64,000 nt of DNA from an uncultured Gemmatimonadales bacterium (GCA_963816355.1 CAWFKH010000003.1:544001-608000); one strand, 5' to 3'; numbered from the stretch's first letter, positions 37,398 through 48,456 are shown. Translations and numbers: made by a program. The notes: a model not told the origin generated them from the sequence alone.

Positions 37398-39482
37398 ATG
37401 AAGCGAGTGGAGAGGACCTTCGCCGGTCGCCCCCTGGTGATCGAGACGGGGCGGGTGGCGCGGCAGGCGCACGGGTCGTGTACCATCCAGTTCGGCGAGA
37501 CGATGGTGCTGTGCACGGCGACGGCGCGGGACGAGCGGACGCACCTGCCGTTCTTCCCGCTGACGGTGGAATACCGTGAGAAGACCTACGCGGCGGGGAA
37601 GATTCCGGGCGGCTTCATCAAGCGCGAGGGCCGGCCGGGAGAGAACGAGGTGCTGTCGGCACGGCAGATCGACCGTCCGATCCGGCCCCTCTTCCCGGAC
37701 GGGTTCCAGAACGAGACGCAGGTCTTCGTCAACGTGATCTCGGCGGACCAGGAGAACAACGCGGACGTGCTGGGGATCCTGGGCGCTTCGCTCTCGCTGA
37801 GCATGTCGAAGATCCCGTTCAGCGGACCGATCGCGGGCGTGCGCGTGGGCCGCATCCAGGGGCAGTGGGTGCTGAACCCGACGTTTCAGCAGCTCGAGTT
37901 CAGCGACGTCGACGTGGTGGTCGCGGGAAGCGACAGCGCGATCATGATGGTGGAGGGCGGCGCGGTCGAGATCTCGGAGGCCGACATGGCCGAGGCGCTG
38001 CTGGTGGCGCACGAGGGCATCAAGGAGCTGGTCGCGATCCAGAACGAGATGCTCCGTGACATCTCGGTGCCCAAGATGTCGTGGGAAGGGCTGCCGATCC
38101 CGGACGCGGTCCGCTCGCGGGTGGAGGAACTGGCGGGAAGCCGCGTCGCCGAGGCGCTCAACCTGACGGACAAGATGGAGCGCAACCAGGCGCTCGCCGC
38201 GCTGCGCGAGGACGTCTCCGGTCAGCTCGCCGAGGAGTTCCCCGAGGAGGGGACGGCGATCAAGGAGGTGCTCTACCAGATCGAGAAGCGCGCGATGCGC
38301 CGCCAGATCCTGGAACGTGGCGAGCGGATCGACGGCCGCCAGCTGGACGAGATCCGCAAGATCACCTGTGAGACCGGCGTGCTGCCGCGCGCCCACGGCT
38401 CGGCGCTCTTCACCCGAGGACAGACGCAGTCGCTCGCGGTCGTCACGCTCGGTACTCCGTCCGACGAGCAGCGCATCGACACGATCGACGTGGCGCAGGA
38501 GACGTCGAAGTCCTTCATGCTGCACTACAACATGCCGCCGTTCGCGGTGGGCGAGGTGCGGCCGATCCGCGGCGTCTCCCGGCGCGAGCAGGGACACGGC
38601 GCCCTCGCGGAGCGCGCGATCCAGCCGCTGTTGCCGCCCTACGAGGACTTTCCCTACACGATCCGCATCGTCTCCGACATCCTGGAGTCCAACGGCAGCA
38701 GCTCGATGGCATCCGTCTGCGGCGCCTCGCTCTCGTTGATGGATGCCGCCGTGCCGATCCGCACCTCCTGCGCCGGCGTCGCCATGGGGCTGATCAAGGA
38801 AGGGGATCAGGTCGCCGTCCTGACGGACATCCTCGGCATCGAGGACGGCTTCGGCGACATGGACTTCAAGGTGGCGGGCACGCGCAAGGGGATCACCTCG
38901 ATCCAGATGGACATCAAGATCGAGGGGCTGACGGTCGACATCATGCGCACCGCGCTCGAGCGCGCGCACACCGGCCGCATGCACATCCTCGACATCATGG
39001 ACGCGACGCTCGCCGAGCCGCGCACGGAGCTGTCGCAGTACGCGCCGCGCATCATCACGATCCAGATCAATCCGGAGAAGATCGGCGAGGTGATCGGGCC
39101 GAAGGGGAAGACGATCCGCGCGATCCAGGAGCAGACCGGCTCCGAGATCAACATCGAGGACAGCGGCGTCGTCACCATCTCGAGTCCGGGCGGCGTGGGC
39201 GGCGAGAAGGCGCGCGAGATGATCGCGGCGATCGTCGAGGAGCCGGAGATCGGCCGCGTCTACGATGGCGTCGTGAAGAACACGACGACGTTCGGCGCTT
39301 TCGTCGAGATCCTGCCCGGCGTCGAGGGCCTCGTGCACATCTCGGAGCTCCAGGAGGGCCGCACGGAGAAGACCGAGGACGTGCTCAAGAAGGGCGACAT
39401 GACGAGCGTCAAGCTGTTGTCGATCGACGAGAAGGGTCGGCTGCGACTCTCCCGCAAGGCGGCGCTCGAGGCCGAGGCGTAG
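37398..39482 (+). CDS. pnp: Polyribonucleotide nucleotidyltransferase
   Basis: IPGGFIKREG, ESNGSSSMA, GDMDFKVAG, KH and S1 domains. Confidence 0.98.
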   Translation: MKRVERTFAGRPLVIETGRVARQAHGSCTIQFGETMVLCTATARDERTHLPFFPLTVEYREKTYAAGKIPGGFIKREGRPGENEVLSARQIDRPIRPLFPDGFQNETQVFVNVISADQENNADVLGILGASLSLSMSKIPFSGPIAGVRVGRIQGQWVLNPTFQQLEFSDVDVVVAGSDSAIMMVEGGAVEISEADMAEALLVAHEGIKELVAIQNEMLRDISVPKMSWEGLPIPDAVRSRVEELAGSRVAEALNLTDKMERNQALAALREDVSGQLAEEFPEEGTAIKEVLYQIEKRAMRRQILERGERIDGRQLDEIRKITCETGVLPRAHGSALFTRGQTQSLAVVTLGTPSDEQRIDTIDVAQETSKSFMLHYNMPPFAVGEVRPIRGVSRREQGHGALAERAIQPLLPPYEDFPYTIRIVSDILESNGSSSMASVCGASLSLMDAAVPIRTSCAGVAMGLIKEGDQVAVLTDILGIEDGFGDMDFKVAGTRKGITSIQMDIKIEGLTVDIMRTALERAHTGRMHILDIMDATLAEPRTELSQYAPRIITIQINPEKIGEVIGPKGKTIRAIQEQTGSEINIEDSGVVTISSPGGVGGEKAREMIAAIVEEPEIGRVYDGVVKNTTTFGAFVEILPGVEGLVHISELQEGRTEKTEDVLKKGDMTSVKLLSIDEKGRLRLSRKAALEAEA

Positions 39483-39493
39483 GTCCCTCCTCC

Positions 39494-40735
39494 GTGGTCG
39501 ACGCCGACCGCTTCGCGCAGGAGAAGCTCGAAGGAGGGCTTCTCGTCCTGACGGAGGAGATGCCGTGGGTCCGCTCGTGCGGCGTCGGCATCTGGGTGCG
39601 CTGGGGCTCGGCACATGAGACGAGCGCCGAGATGGGCGTCAGCCATCTGCTCGAGCACATGGTCTTCAAGGGGACGCCCCGACGGAGCGCCCGCGCCATC
39701 GCGCTCGAGCTCGAGCGCCTGGGCGGCACGCTGGACGCCTACACGACGCGCGAGCACACGAGCTTCCAGGCCCGCGTCCTGGACGAGCACGTGGGCGAGG
39801 CACTGGACGTCCTGGCCGACATGGTTCTGTCGCCGCTGCTGCGGCCCGAGGACCTGGATCTCGAGCGGGAAGTCGTGCTCGAGGAGATCGCGACGGTGGA
39901 GGACACCCCCGACGACCTCGTCTTCGAGCTTCACGCCTCGGCGCTCTGGGACAACCACCCCTACGGCTACACGATCCTCGGCACGCGTGATACCGTGTCC
40001 GCGCTGCGCGTCGAGGATCTGCGCCGCGTGCACGACGCCGCCTACCGCCGGCCCAACCTCGTGGTCGCGGCGGCGGGCAACCTCCGTCACGAGCAGGTGG
40101 TCGAGCACGCGCGCTCCCTCTTCGGCGGCGCCGGGACGGGCGCGCCGGTCGCGCCGCTGCCGGTGCCGCGCACGCAGCCGCCGCGGGTCGAGCGGATCGT
40201 GCGCGAGGGCTCGCAGACGCACCTCGTCTTCGGCAGGGGCACGTTCGGCCACGGCGATCCTCGCCGCTACGCGCTCGTCCTCCTCTCGAACGCGTTCGGC
40301 GGCGGCATGAGCTCGCGGCTCTTCCAGCGCGTGCGGGAGGAGCTGGGCCTCGCCTACGCGGTCTACTCGTATCAGACCTTCTACGAACACGCGGGCATCT
40401 TCGGCGTCTACGTGGGCACGCGGCCGGAATGGGCCGATCGCGCGGAGGAGACGGTGCGTGCCGAGCTGGCGCGCGCGGCGGCGGAGGGGCTGAGTGCCGA
40501 GGAGCTGGACGACGTGAAGGGGCAGGTGAAGGGCCAGCTCGTGCTGTCGCTCGAGTCCAGCGGCGCACGGCTGCACAGGCTCGCGGGCGTGGCGCTTTAC
40601 GACGAGCCGTTCCTCACGCTCGACGAGCTGGTCGCGCGCGTCGACGCGGTCACGCTCGACGAAATCGCCGCGCTCGCGGCGGAGTACCTCGACCCGGACC
40701 GGCAGGTCGTGCTGCGTCTCGGTCCGGAAGTGTGA
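39494..40735 (+). CDS. M16 (pitrilysin-family) peptidase
   Basis: HLLEHMVFKGT, GGGMSSRLFQ. Confidence 0.93.
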   Translation: MVDADRFAQEKLEGGLLVLTEEMPWVRSCGVGIWVRWGSAHETSAEMGVSHLLEHMVFKGTPRRSARAIALELERLGGTLDAYTTREHTSFQARVLDEHVGEALDVLADMVLSPLLRPEDLDLEREVVLEEIATVEDTPDDLVFELHASALWDNHPYGYTILGTRDTVSALRVEDLRRVHDAAYRRPNLVVAAAGNLRHEQVVEHARSLFGGAGTGAPVAPLPVPRTQPPRVERIVREGSQTHLVFGRGTFGHGDPRRYALVLLSNAFGGGMSSRLFQRVREELGLAYAVYSYQTFYEHAGIFGVYVGTRPEWADRAEETVRAELARAAAEGLSAEELDDVKGQVKGQLVLSLESSGARLHRLAGVALYDEPFLTLDELVARVDAVTLDEIAALAAEYLDPDRQVVLRLGPEV

Positions 40736-40763
40736 AGACGAACATCCACCAGGCGAGAGAGCC

Positions 40764-41876
40764 ATGATCATCGGCGTTCCGAGAGAGATCAAGTCGAACG
40801 AGAACCGGGTGGCGCTCGTGCCGGCCGGCGCGGAGGCGCTCGTTCAGGCAGGACATACGGTGCTTGTCGAGAAGGATGCGGGCAGCGGCAGCGGTTTCAC
40901 GGACGACGCCTACACCGCCGTCGGCGCGGAGATCGTCCCCGGCGCGGACGGCGTCTGGCAGCGCGCCGAGATGATCATGAAGGTGAAGGAGCCGATCGAG
41001 GTGGAGTGGCCGCGCATGCGCGACGGCCAGGTCATCTTCACGTACTTCCACTTCGCGGCGTCGGAGCCGCTGACGCGTGCCGTGATGGCATCGAACGCCG
41101 TCGCCGTCGCGTACGAGACGGTGCAGCTGCCGAACGGCGAGCTGCCGCTGCTGACGCCCATGAGCGAGGTGGCGGGCCGCATGGCGGTGCAGGAGGGCGC
41201 GAAATACCTGGAGCGCTTCTTCGGCGGCCGCGGCATACTGCTGGGCGGTGTCCCCGGCGTGGAGCCGGGCACGGTCGTCGTGCTCGGCGGGGGCATCGTC
41301 GGCTCGAACGCGGCGCGCATGGCGGCCGGCCTCGGCGCGCACGTCGTCATCCTGGACCTGTCGCTGAACCGCCTGCGCTATCTCTCGGAGGTGATGCCGG
41401 CGAACGTGACGCCGCTCTACTCGAACCGCCACAACATCCTCGAGCAGCTCGAGCGGGCGGACCTGCTCGTCGGCGCGGTGCTGCTGCCGGGAGCGAAGGC
41501 GCCGCACCTGGTGCGCCGGGCCGACCTCGCGCTCATGAAGGAGGGATCGGTGATCGTGGACGTCGCCGTGGACCAGGGCGGCTGCGTCGAGACGATCCAC
41601 CCGACCACGCACGACGATCCGATCTACGTCGTGGACGGCGTGATCCACTACGGCGTGGCGAACATGCCGGGCGGCGTGCCGCGCACGTCGACGCTGGCGC
41701 TGACGAACGCCACCTTCCTCTACGCCCTGGCGCTCGCCAACCACGGCTGGAAGGCGGCGTGTCGGGCGGACCGGGCGCTCGCGCTCGGCGTGAACGTCGT
41801 GGGCGGCCGGGTCACGTATCCGGGCGTAGCGGAGGCGTTCGGCCTCGATCACACGCCGGTCGACCAGGTCCTCTGA
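40764..41876 (+). CDS. ald: Alanine dehydrogenase
   Basis: [36 protein letters not shown]. Confidence 0.96.
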   Translation: MIIGVPREIKSNENRVALVPAGAEALVQAGHTVLVEKDAGSGSGFTDDAYTAVGAEIVPGADGVWQRAEMIMKVKEPIEVEWPRMRDGQVIFTYFHFAASEPLTRAVMASNAVAVAYETVQLPNGELPLLTPMSEVAGRMAVQEGAKYLERFFGGRGILLGGVPGVEPGTVVVLGGGIVGSNAARMAAGLGAHVVILDLSLNRLRYLSEVMPANVTPLYSNRHNILEQLERADLLVGAVLLPGAKAPHLVRRADLALMKEGSVIVDVAVDQGGCVETIHPTTHDDPIYVVDGVIHYGVANMPGGVPRTSTLALTNATFLYALALANHGWKAACRADRALALGVNVVGGRVTYPGVAEAFGLDHTPVDQVL

Positions 41877-41890
41877 GCCGCGCGAGCTCC

Positions 41891-42340
41891 ATGGAGGCGA
41901 TCCCGATCCCGATCCGGCGGCTGGCGAACTTCCCGGAAGGCTGGCCGCTTCCGGCGTACGCCACGCCCGGCTCCGTCGCCGTCGACCTGCGCAACGCGGG
42001 TCCGCCCCTCACGCTGCCGCCGCTCGGCCGCGCTCTGGTGCCGACGGGGTTGGCGATCGCGCTCCCGGACGGCTTCGAGGCGCAGGTGCGGCCCCGTTCC
42101 GGCCTGGCGATCCAGCGCGGCATCGGCATCCTGAACGCGCCGGGCACGATCGACAGCGACTACCGCGGCGAGATCCGGGTCCCGCTCGTCAACTTCGACG
42201 CGGAGCCGCAGCAGATCGAGCACGGAGAGCGGATGGCGCAACTCCTGGTGGCGCCGGTGGTGCGCGTATCGTGGCGTGAAGTGGAGGCACTGCCGGAGTC
42301 ACAGCGGGGGACCGGCGGCTTCGGCAGCACGGGCCGTTGA
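41891..42340 (+). CDS. dut: dUTP diphosphatase
   Basis: [27 protein letters not shown]. Confidence 0.96.
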   Translation: MEAIPIPIRRLANFPEGWPLPAYATPGSVAVDLRNAGPPLTLPPLGRALVPTGLAIALPDGFEAQVRPRSGLAIQRGIGILNAPGTIDSDYRGEIRVPLVNFDAEPQQIEHGERMAQLLVAPVVRVSWREVEALPESQRGTGGFGSTGR

Positions 42341-42520
42341 TGCCGCTGCCCATCGTAAGTGACGCCGCATGCGGCATTTCGGGGCGCGACGGGCTTGCCG
42401 CCGGTCGCGCGCGGGGTGTAGCTTGAGCGGTTCACCGATCGCAATCGTGCGGCGGCCGCGCGGGCGGCTCGCCGCTGAACGGTTTACGCCGGCCCTGCCG
42501 CAGGGGCCCGGGGACGAGAG

Positions 42521-43561
42521 ATGGCGCTGCGCAGCCTGCTGAGCACCGGGCGGATCCTGCCCGTCAACGACATCGCCGTGGACCTCGGCACGGCGAATAC
42601 GCTCGTGTACGTGAAGGGCGAAGGGATCGTCCTGAACGAGCCGAGCGTGGTCGCCATGGAACGCGGCTCGGGCCGCATCAAGGGGATCGGCCTCGAAGCG
42701 AAACGGATGCTCGGCCGCACGCCGGAGGGCGTGATCGCGGTGCGTCCGATGAAGGACGGCGTGATCGCCGACGTGGACACGACCGAGATCATGCTGCGCC
42801 ATTTTTTGCGTGCGGTCACGAACAAGCGGATCTTCCGCATGAAGCCGCGCGTCGTGGTGGGCGTGCCGTCCGGCATCACGGAGCTGGAGCGGCGCGCGGT
42901 CCGCTCGAGCGCGAACGCCGCCGGCTCGAAGGAGGTGTTCATGGTCGCCGAGCCGATGGCGGCCGCGATCGGCGTCGGTCTGCCGGTGGACACGCCGACG
43001 GGCAACATGGTGATCGACATCGGCGGCGGCACGACGGAGATCGCGGTGATCGCGCTGAGCGGCATCGTCGCCGACACCTCGATCCGCGTGGGCGGCGACG
43101 AGATCGACAGCGCGATCGTGAGCTTCTTGCGGAAGAACTACAACCTCCTGATCGGCGAGCCGACGGCGGAGGCGATCAAGATCCAGATCGGCTCCGCCTT
43201 CAGCACGTCGGACGAACGGGAGATGGACGTGAAGGGCCGAGACCTCGTCAGCGGCATTCCGAAGACCGTGCGCGTGCACTCGCAGGAGATCCGCGAATGC
43301 ATCCAGGAGCCCATCCAGTCGATCGTCGACGCGGTGCGGCGCGCGCTCGAGATCACCCCGCCGGAGCTCGCCTCCGACATCGTCGATCGCGGCATCGTGA
43401 TGACCGGGGGCGGCGCGCTCATCCGCGGCCTCGACCAGCTCCTCGCGCACGAGACCAACCTGCCGATCCACGTCGACGAGGATCCGCTCACCTGCGTGGT
43501 CCGCGGCGCCGGGCGGATCCTCGACGATCTCCCGCGCTACCGGAGCGTGCTCAACTCCTGA
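42521..43561 (+). CDS. mreB: Rod shape-determining protein MreB
   Basis: DLGTANT, EPMAAAIG, DIGGGTT. Confidence 0.97.
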   Translation: MALRSLLSTGRILPVNDIAVDLGTANTLVYVKGEGIVLNEPSVVAMERGSGRIKGIGLEAKRMLGRTPEGVIAVRPMKDGVIADVDTTEIMLRHFLRAVTNKRIFRMKPRVVVGVPSGITELERRAVRSSANAAGSKEVFMVAEPMAAAIGVGLPVDTPTGNMVIDIGGGTTEIAVIALSGIVADTSIRVGGDEIDSAIVSFLRKNYNLLIGEPTAEAIKIQIGSAFSTSDEREMDVKGRDLVSGIPKTVRVHSQEIRECIQEPIQSIVDAVRRALEITPPELASDIVDRGIVMTGGGALIRGLDQLLAHETNLPIHVDEDPLTCVVRGAGRILDDLPRYRSVLNS

Positions 43562-43567
43562 TCCCGC

Positions 43568-44467
43568 TTGGCATACTTCGGCGACACGCGACACGGCAGG
43601 CGACGCGACGACGTCCTCGCGGGGCTCGTCCTCCTCGCCGGCCTCGTCCTGCTCGCCTTGCCGTCGAGTGGCCAGGAGAGGGTGCGCGCCGCGCTGCGCC
43701 GCACCGTTCTGCGACCGTTCGTCGTCGCGCAGGATGCGCTCGCCTCCCGCGGCATGCGCGGCGGCGACGTCGACCGCATCGAGGCGCAGCGCGACTCGCT
43801 CGAAGTGCTCGCAGTCGCCCAGGCGCCGCTCGCCGAGGAGAACCGGCGGTTGCGCGGGCTGCTGGGGCTGCGCGACCGGCTTCCCACCCGCTTCGTACCC
43901 GCGGAGGTGCTGCGCGTGGGCCTGACGAGCGGCGAGAGCACCTTCCTCGTGTCGCGCGGGCGCGCGGACGGCGTGCGGAAGGGGAGTGCCGTGATCGGCG
44001 ACGGCGGGCTGCTCGGCGTGGTGGAGAGCGTCGATGCGCACACGGCGCAGGCGATCGACTGGACGCACCCCGATTTCCGCGCGAGCGCCATGGCGGTGGA
44101 CGGCAGCGTGTACGGGATCGTGGAACCGCGCCGCGGCGAGTTCCGCGAGGAGGACGAGCTGACGCTGGCGGGGGCGCCGTTCCACAGCGATCTGAAGCCG
44201 GGCGCGCGCATCGTGACGTCGGGGCGAGGCGGCGTCTATCCGCGGGGGATCCCGCTCGGCACGGTGATCGGGATCGAGGACGCGGACACCGGCTGGCGCA
44301 AGAGCTACGTGCTGCGCCCCGCCGTGCGGCCGGAGTCGGCGACGCACGTGCTGGTGGAGGCGGGGCCGCGCGGGGAGGCGGCACGTGACCTGTCGCAGGC
44401 GTGGTTCTCACCGCCGCCGCGCGAAGCGCCGGCCGCGACGCGCGCGGACACGGCGGGGCGCTCCTGA
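43568..44467 (+). CDS. mreC: Rod shape-determining protein MreC
   Basis: ENRRLRGLL, VTSGRGGVYPRGIPLG; TTG start. Confidence 0.9.
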   Translation: MAYFGDTRHGRRRDDVLAGLVLLAGLVLLALPSSGQERVRAALRRTVLRPFVVAQDALASRGMRGGDVDRIEAQRDSLEVLAVAQAPLAEENRRLRGLLGLRDRLPTRFVPAEVLRVGLTSGESTFLVSRGRADGVRKGSAVIGDGGLLGVVESVDAHTAQAIDWTHPDFRASAMAVDGSVYGIVEPRRGEFREEDELTLAGAPFHSDLKPGARIVTSGRGGVYPRGIPLGTVIGIEDADTGWRKSYVLRPAVRPESATHVLVEAGPRGEAARDLSQAWFSPPPREAPAATRADTAGRS

Positions 44468-44949
44468 TGCGATGGCCGTTCGCGACGTTCATCGCGACCC
44501 TCGTCGTCCTGCACTTCTTCCTGCACCTCGGCCTCGGTCTCGGCGGCGCGGCACCGGACCTGCTCACGGTCGCGGCGCTTCTCGCCGCGCGTCGCATGAA
44601 CCGCGCGGTGGCGACGCTGCTGGGCGGCGTGCTGGGCCTGATCCGCGACGCGCTCGCGCTGGTCGCCTTCGGGGCGGACGCGCTGGCGCTCGCGTTCGTC
44701 GCCTACGTGGGGGCGCGCACGCGCGACCTGTTCGTGGGCGACAGCTGGCTCTTCGTGCTCCTCTATCTCTTCGTCGGCAAGTGGTCGCACGACGCGCTGC
44801 ACTACGGCTTCACCGCCGTGAAGACGGGAAGCGGCACGGCGGATGCGTTCGGCCGGCTCGTCCTGCTCGCCCCGGAGGCGGCGCTCTACTCGGCGCTCGC
44901 GGGTGCGGTCGCGCTCGCCTTCTACCGGAACGTGAGCCGCGAGCGCTGA
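44467..44949 (+). CDS. mreD: Rod shape-determining protein MreD
   Basis: Hydrophobic; APDLL, GVLGLIRD; follows mreC. Confidence 0.88.
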   Translation: MRWPFATFIATLVVLHFFLHLGLGLGGAAPDLLTVAALLAARRMNRAVATLLGGVLGLIRDALALVAFGADALALAFVAYVGARTRDLFVGDSWLFVLLYLFVGKWSHDALHYGFTAVKTGSGTADAFGRLVLLAPEAALYSALAGAVALAFYRNVSRER

Positions 44950-44974
44950 GCGCGCCGCCGCCCCGCCGGATCCG

Positions 44975-46219
44975 ATGAACCTGCTCCGCTCCGCCCGCGC
45001 GCTGATCGGCGATTCGCCGCTCTTCCTGGCCGTGCTGGGGATGTCGCTCTTCGGCATCGCGATGATCTATTCTGCGGGCCAGCTCGACATCCCGAACCCG
45101 CTGCTCGCTTCGATGTGGCAGCGGCAGCTCATGTGGCTCGGCATCTCGCTGGTGGCGCTCTTCGTGGTGGCGCGCATCGAGGTGCGCTGGTTCGAATGGG
45201 CGGCGACGCCGATCTACGCCGTCGCGGTGCTGCTGCTGGCGGCGACGCTGGTGATCGGCACCGGGCGTGGCACGGCGCAGGGGACGCGCAGCTGGCTGCC
45301 GCTGGGTCCGCTCTCGTTCCAGCCGTCGCAGTTCGCGAACCTCGCCACCGTGCTGATGCTGGCGAAGGTGATGAGCGCGTGGCGGGAGTCGCCGGAGACG
45401 GTGTGGGACCTGTGGGCACCGCTGTTGATCACGGGCGTGCCGATGCTGCTCGTGCTGGCGCAGCCGGACCTCGGCACGGCAATGGTGTTCGGCGCGCTGC
45501 TGATCGCCACGATGTACTGGGCAGGGACGCCGGGCGGCGTCCTCTTCATGCTGATCAGCCCGGTGATCGCGCTGCTGCTCTCCTTCAGCGCGTGGCTCTT
45601 CAGCGCGTACATGATCGTGCTGCTCGCGTTCGTGCTGCTCTACCGCTCTCCGCTGGGCGAGGCGATCGCGGTGGTGGGTGCGAACCTGGCGGCCGGCACC
45701 ATCGCGATTCCGCTGTGGAACCACCTGCAGTCGTACCAGAAGAACCGGCTTCTCGTCTTCCTGAACCCGGAGCGCGACCCGCGCGGCGCGGGCTACCAGC
45801 TCATCCAGTCCCAGGTCGCGATCGGCAGCGGCGGACCGTTCGGCAAGGGGTTCCTGCACGGCACGCAGAAGCGGCTCGCCTTCCTGCCGGAGCAGCACAC
45901 CGACTTCATCTTCAGCGTGATCGGAGAGGAGCTCGGTTTCCTGGGGGCGGTTGCGGTGGTGCTCGCGTTCGGCTTCATTCTTCTGCGGCTGGTGCGCGTC
46001 GCGGAGCGGGCGAGCGACCCGTTCGGCGGCATCGTCGCCTTCGGCATCTTCGGGGCGTGGATGGCGCACGTGCTGGTGAACATCGGGATGACGATCGGCC
46101 TGATGCCGATCACCGGCATCCCGTTGCCGTTCCTGAGCTACGGCGGCTCGTTTCTGCTGGCCACCTACCTCGCGCTCGGTCTGGCGGAGCGCGTCGCGGC
46201 GCAGCGGGGGAGGATCTGA
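44975..46219 (+). CDS. rodA: SEDS glycosyltransferase RodA
   Basis: FQPSQF, QPDLGTA, LPEQHTDFIF, PFLSYGGS. Confidence 0.93.
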   Translation: MNLLRSARALIGDSPLFLAVLGMSLFGIAMIYSAGQLDIPNPLLASMWQRQLMWLGISLVALFVVARIEVRWFEWAATPIYAVAVLLLAATLVIGTGRGTAQGTRSWLPLGPLSFQPSQFANLATVLMLAKVMSAWRESPETVWDLWAPLLITGVPMLLVLAQPDLGTAMVFGALLIATMYWAGTPGGVLFMLISPVIALLLSFSAWLFSAYMIVLLAFVLLYRSPLGEAIAVVGANLAAGTIAIPLWNHLQSYQKNRLLVFLNPERDPRGAGYQLIQSQVAIGSGGPFGKGFLHGTQKRLAFLPEQHTDFIFSVIGEELGFLGAVAVVLAFGFILLRLVRVAERASDPFGGIVAFGIFGAWMAHVLVNIGMTIGLMPITGIPLPFLSYGGSFLLATYLALGLAERVAAQRGRI

Positions 46220-46222
46220 TCG

Positions 46223-47098
46223 ATGAGCTGGTTCCGGAAGCCGAAGAAGAAGCTGGAGGCGACCGAGCGGCGCGAGCTGCCCTCGGACGTGTTCGAGAAG
46301 TGCGCCGGCTGCGGCGAGATCATCTATCGCGCCCGCATCGCCCGCAACGCGTTCGTCTGCCCGAGCTGCGGCAGCCACTTCCGCATCGGCGCGCTCGACT
46401 ACGTCGAGCTGCTCCTCGATGGGGACACGTTCGTCGAGCACGACGCGAGCATGCGCAGCGCGGACCCGCTCAAGTTCCACGACCTGAAGCCGTACCGCGA
46501 GCGGATCAAGGCGGCCGAGCGCAGGACCGGCCGGGGCGACGCCGTCGTCACCGGCTCCGGCCGGCTCGACGAGCTGCCGGTCAAACTGGGCGTGATGGAC
46601 TTCGAGTTCATCGGCGGCAGCATGGGCTCGGTCGTGGGTGAGAAGCTCGCGCGCCTCGGCCGGCGCGCGCTGAGCGATCGGGAGCCGCTCGTCGTCGTGA
46701 GCGCCTCCGGCGGCGCGCGCATGATGGAGGGGATCCTGTCGCTGATGCAGATGGCGAAGACGTCCGCCGTCCTCGCGCGGCTGCACGAGGCGGGCGTCCC
46801 CTATATCTCGATCCTCACCGACCCGACGACGGGCGGCGTGACCGCCTCCTACGCGATGCTCGGCGACGCCAACCTGGCCGAGCCGGGTGCGCTGATCGGC
46901 TTCGCCGGCCCCCGCGTCATCGAGCAGACGATCAAGCAGGAGCTGCCGGAAGGCTTCCAGCGCTCCGAGTTCCTGCTCTCGCACGGCATGCTGGACGCGA
47001 TCGTCGACCGGCGCGACCTCAAGCGCACCGTCGCGCACCTGCTGCGCCACATGCTCGGTCTGCCGCCTTCCGAGGGCGGCCTCGGCGCGCCCGAATAG
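46223..47098 (+). CDS. accD: Acetyl-CoA carboxylase carboxyltransferase beta
   Basis: CxxC...CxxC zinc finger, GGSMGSVVGEK, GFAGPRVI. Confidence 0.97.
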   Translation: MSWFRKPKKKLEATERRELPSDVFEKCAGCGEIIYRARIARNAFVCPSCGSHFRIGALDYVELLLDGDTFVEHDASMRSADPLKFHDLKPYRERIKAAERRTGRGDAVVTGSGRLDELPVKLGVMDFEFIGGSMGSVVGEKLARLGRRALSDREPLVVVSASGGARMMEGILSLMQMAKTSAVLARLHEAGVPYISILTDPTTGGVTASYAMLGDANLAEPGALIGFAGPRVIEQTIKQELPEGFQRSEFLLSHGMLDAIVDRRDLKRTVAHLLRHMLGLPPSEGGLGAPE

Positions 47099-47114
47099 CG
47101 AGGCCGGAGGCGCC

Positions 47115-48446
47115 CTGACCTACGCCGAGCTCGTCCGCGCGCTCTTCCCCCGCCTGACCGGCGGCATCCGCTGGGGCACGGAGCGGACGGAGCGGATGCT
47201 CGCCGCCCTCGGCGACCCGCAGCGGAGCTTCCGCGTGGTGCACGTGGGCGGCACCAACGGGAAGGGGTCGGTCGCGGCCACGATCGCCTCCATCCTCACG
47301 CGCGCCGGCCATCGCACCGGCCTCTACACCTCGCCCCACCTGTGCACGTTCCGGGAGCGCATCCGCTTCGACGGTCGCGCGATCGGGGAGGCGGCGCTGC
47401 TGGCGGCGGCCGAGCGCGCGTGGCCGCTGGTCGAGCGCGAGACGCCCTCATTTTTCGAGGCCACGACGGTGATCGCCTTCGAGGCGATGGCGGAGGCGGG
47501 CGTCGACGTCGCCGTGGTCGAGGTCGGTCTCGGCGGCCGCCTCGACGCCACCAACGTGGTCCAGGCGGACGCGGTCGTGATCACCAACATCGGGCGCGAC
47601 CACGTCGAGTACCTCGGAGGGACGCTGGAGGCGATCGCCCTCGAGAAGGCGGGGATCATCAAGGGCGGCGCGCCGGTGGTGACCGCCGAGCCGAGGCCCC
47701 GACTGCTGTCGATCTTCGCGGAGCGCGCGGCGGCGGTCGGCGCGCCGCTGGTGCCGCTCGAGCGCGCCGCCGTGGCGGACGTGCGCACGGCGCTGGACGG
47801 AACCCGCTTCCGGATGCGCACGCGGCGCTGGGGCGACGTCGCCCTGCACACGCCGCTGCTCGGCCGCCACCAGGCGGTCAACGCCGCGCTCGCCGTGCAC
47901 GCGCTCGACGTCGCGCCGGCGGAGCTGGCGGCGACCCCGGCGGACGTGGTCGCGGGCGTCGCCGCCGTGCGGTGGCCCGGGCGCCTGCAGGTCGAGTCGA
48001 TCGGGCCCGCATCCTGGGTGTTCGACGCTGCGCACAACCCCGCGGGTGTGGAGGCGCTGCTCGCGGCGCTCGCCGAGCTACCGCTGCCGCCGCCGCTGCG
48101 CGTGGTGGCCGGCATCCTGGGCGACAAGGACTGGGAGGCGATGCTGACGCCGCTCGCCGCGCGCGCCGACTCGCTGATCCTCACCACGGCGCCCTCCACG
48201 CCGCCGGAGCGCCGGTGGGATCCCGCGCTCGCCGGCGAGCGTCTGCGGGGCGCGGCCGCGGCGACGGTGCGCGTAGAGCCGGAATTCACCCGTGCGCTGG
48301 ACGCCGCCCGCGCGGCGGCGGAGGCGGAAGGCGGCACCGTCCTGGTGACCGGCTCCTTCCACACGGTCGGCGACGCGTTGGCGTCGCTCGGAATGGCGCC
48401 CGACGGCGCCGACCTCTACTTGCCCCCCCAGCCGAGCGCGGTCTAG
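47115..48446 (+). CDS. folC: Folylpolyglutamate/dihydrofolate synthase (probable CTG start)
   Basis: HVGGTNGKGS, YTSPHL, EVGLGGRLDATN, DAAHN. Confidence 0.93.
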   Translation: MTYAELVRALFPRLTGGIRWGTERTERMLAALGDPQRSFRVVHVGGTNGKGSVAATIASILTRAGHRTGLYTSPHLCTFRERIRFDGRAIGEAALLAAAERAWPLVERETPSFFEATTVIAFEAMAEAGVDVAVVEVGLGGRLDATNVVQADAVVITNIGRDHVEYLGGTLEAIALEKAGIIKGGAPVVTAEPRPRLLSIFAERAAAVGAPLVPLERAAVADVRTALDGTRFRMRTRRWGDVALHTPLLGRHQAVNAALAVHALDVAPAELAATPADVVAGVAAVRWPGRLQVESIGPASWVFDAAHNPAGVEALLAALAELPLPPPLRVVAGILGDKDWEAMLTPLAARADSLILTTAPSTPPERRWDPALAGERLRGAAAATVRVEPEFTRALDAARAAAEAEGGTVLVTGSFHTVGDALASLGMAPDGADLYLPPQPSAV

Positions 48447-48456
48447 ATTCGGGCGC

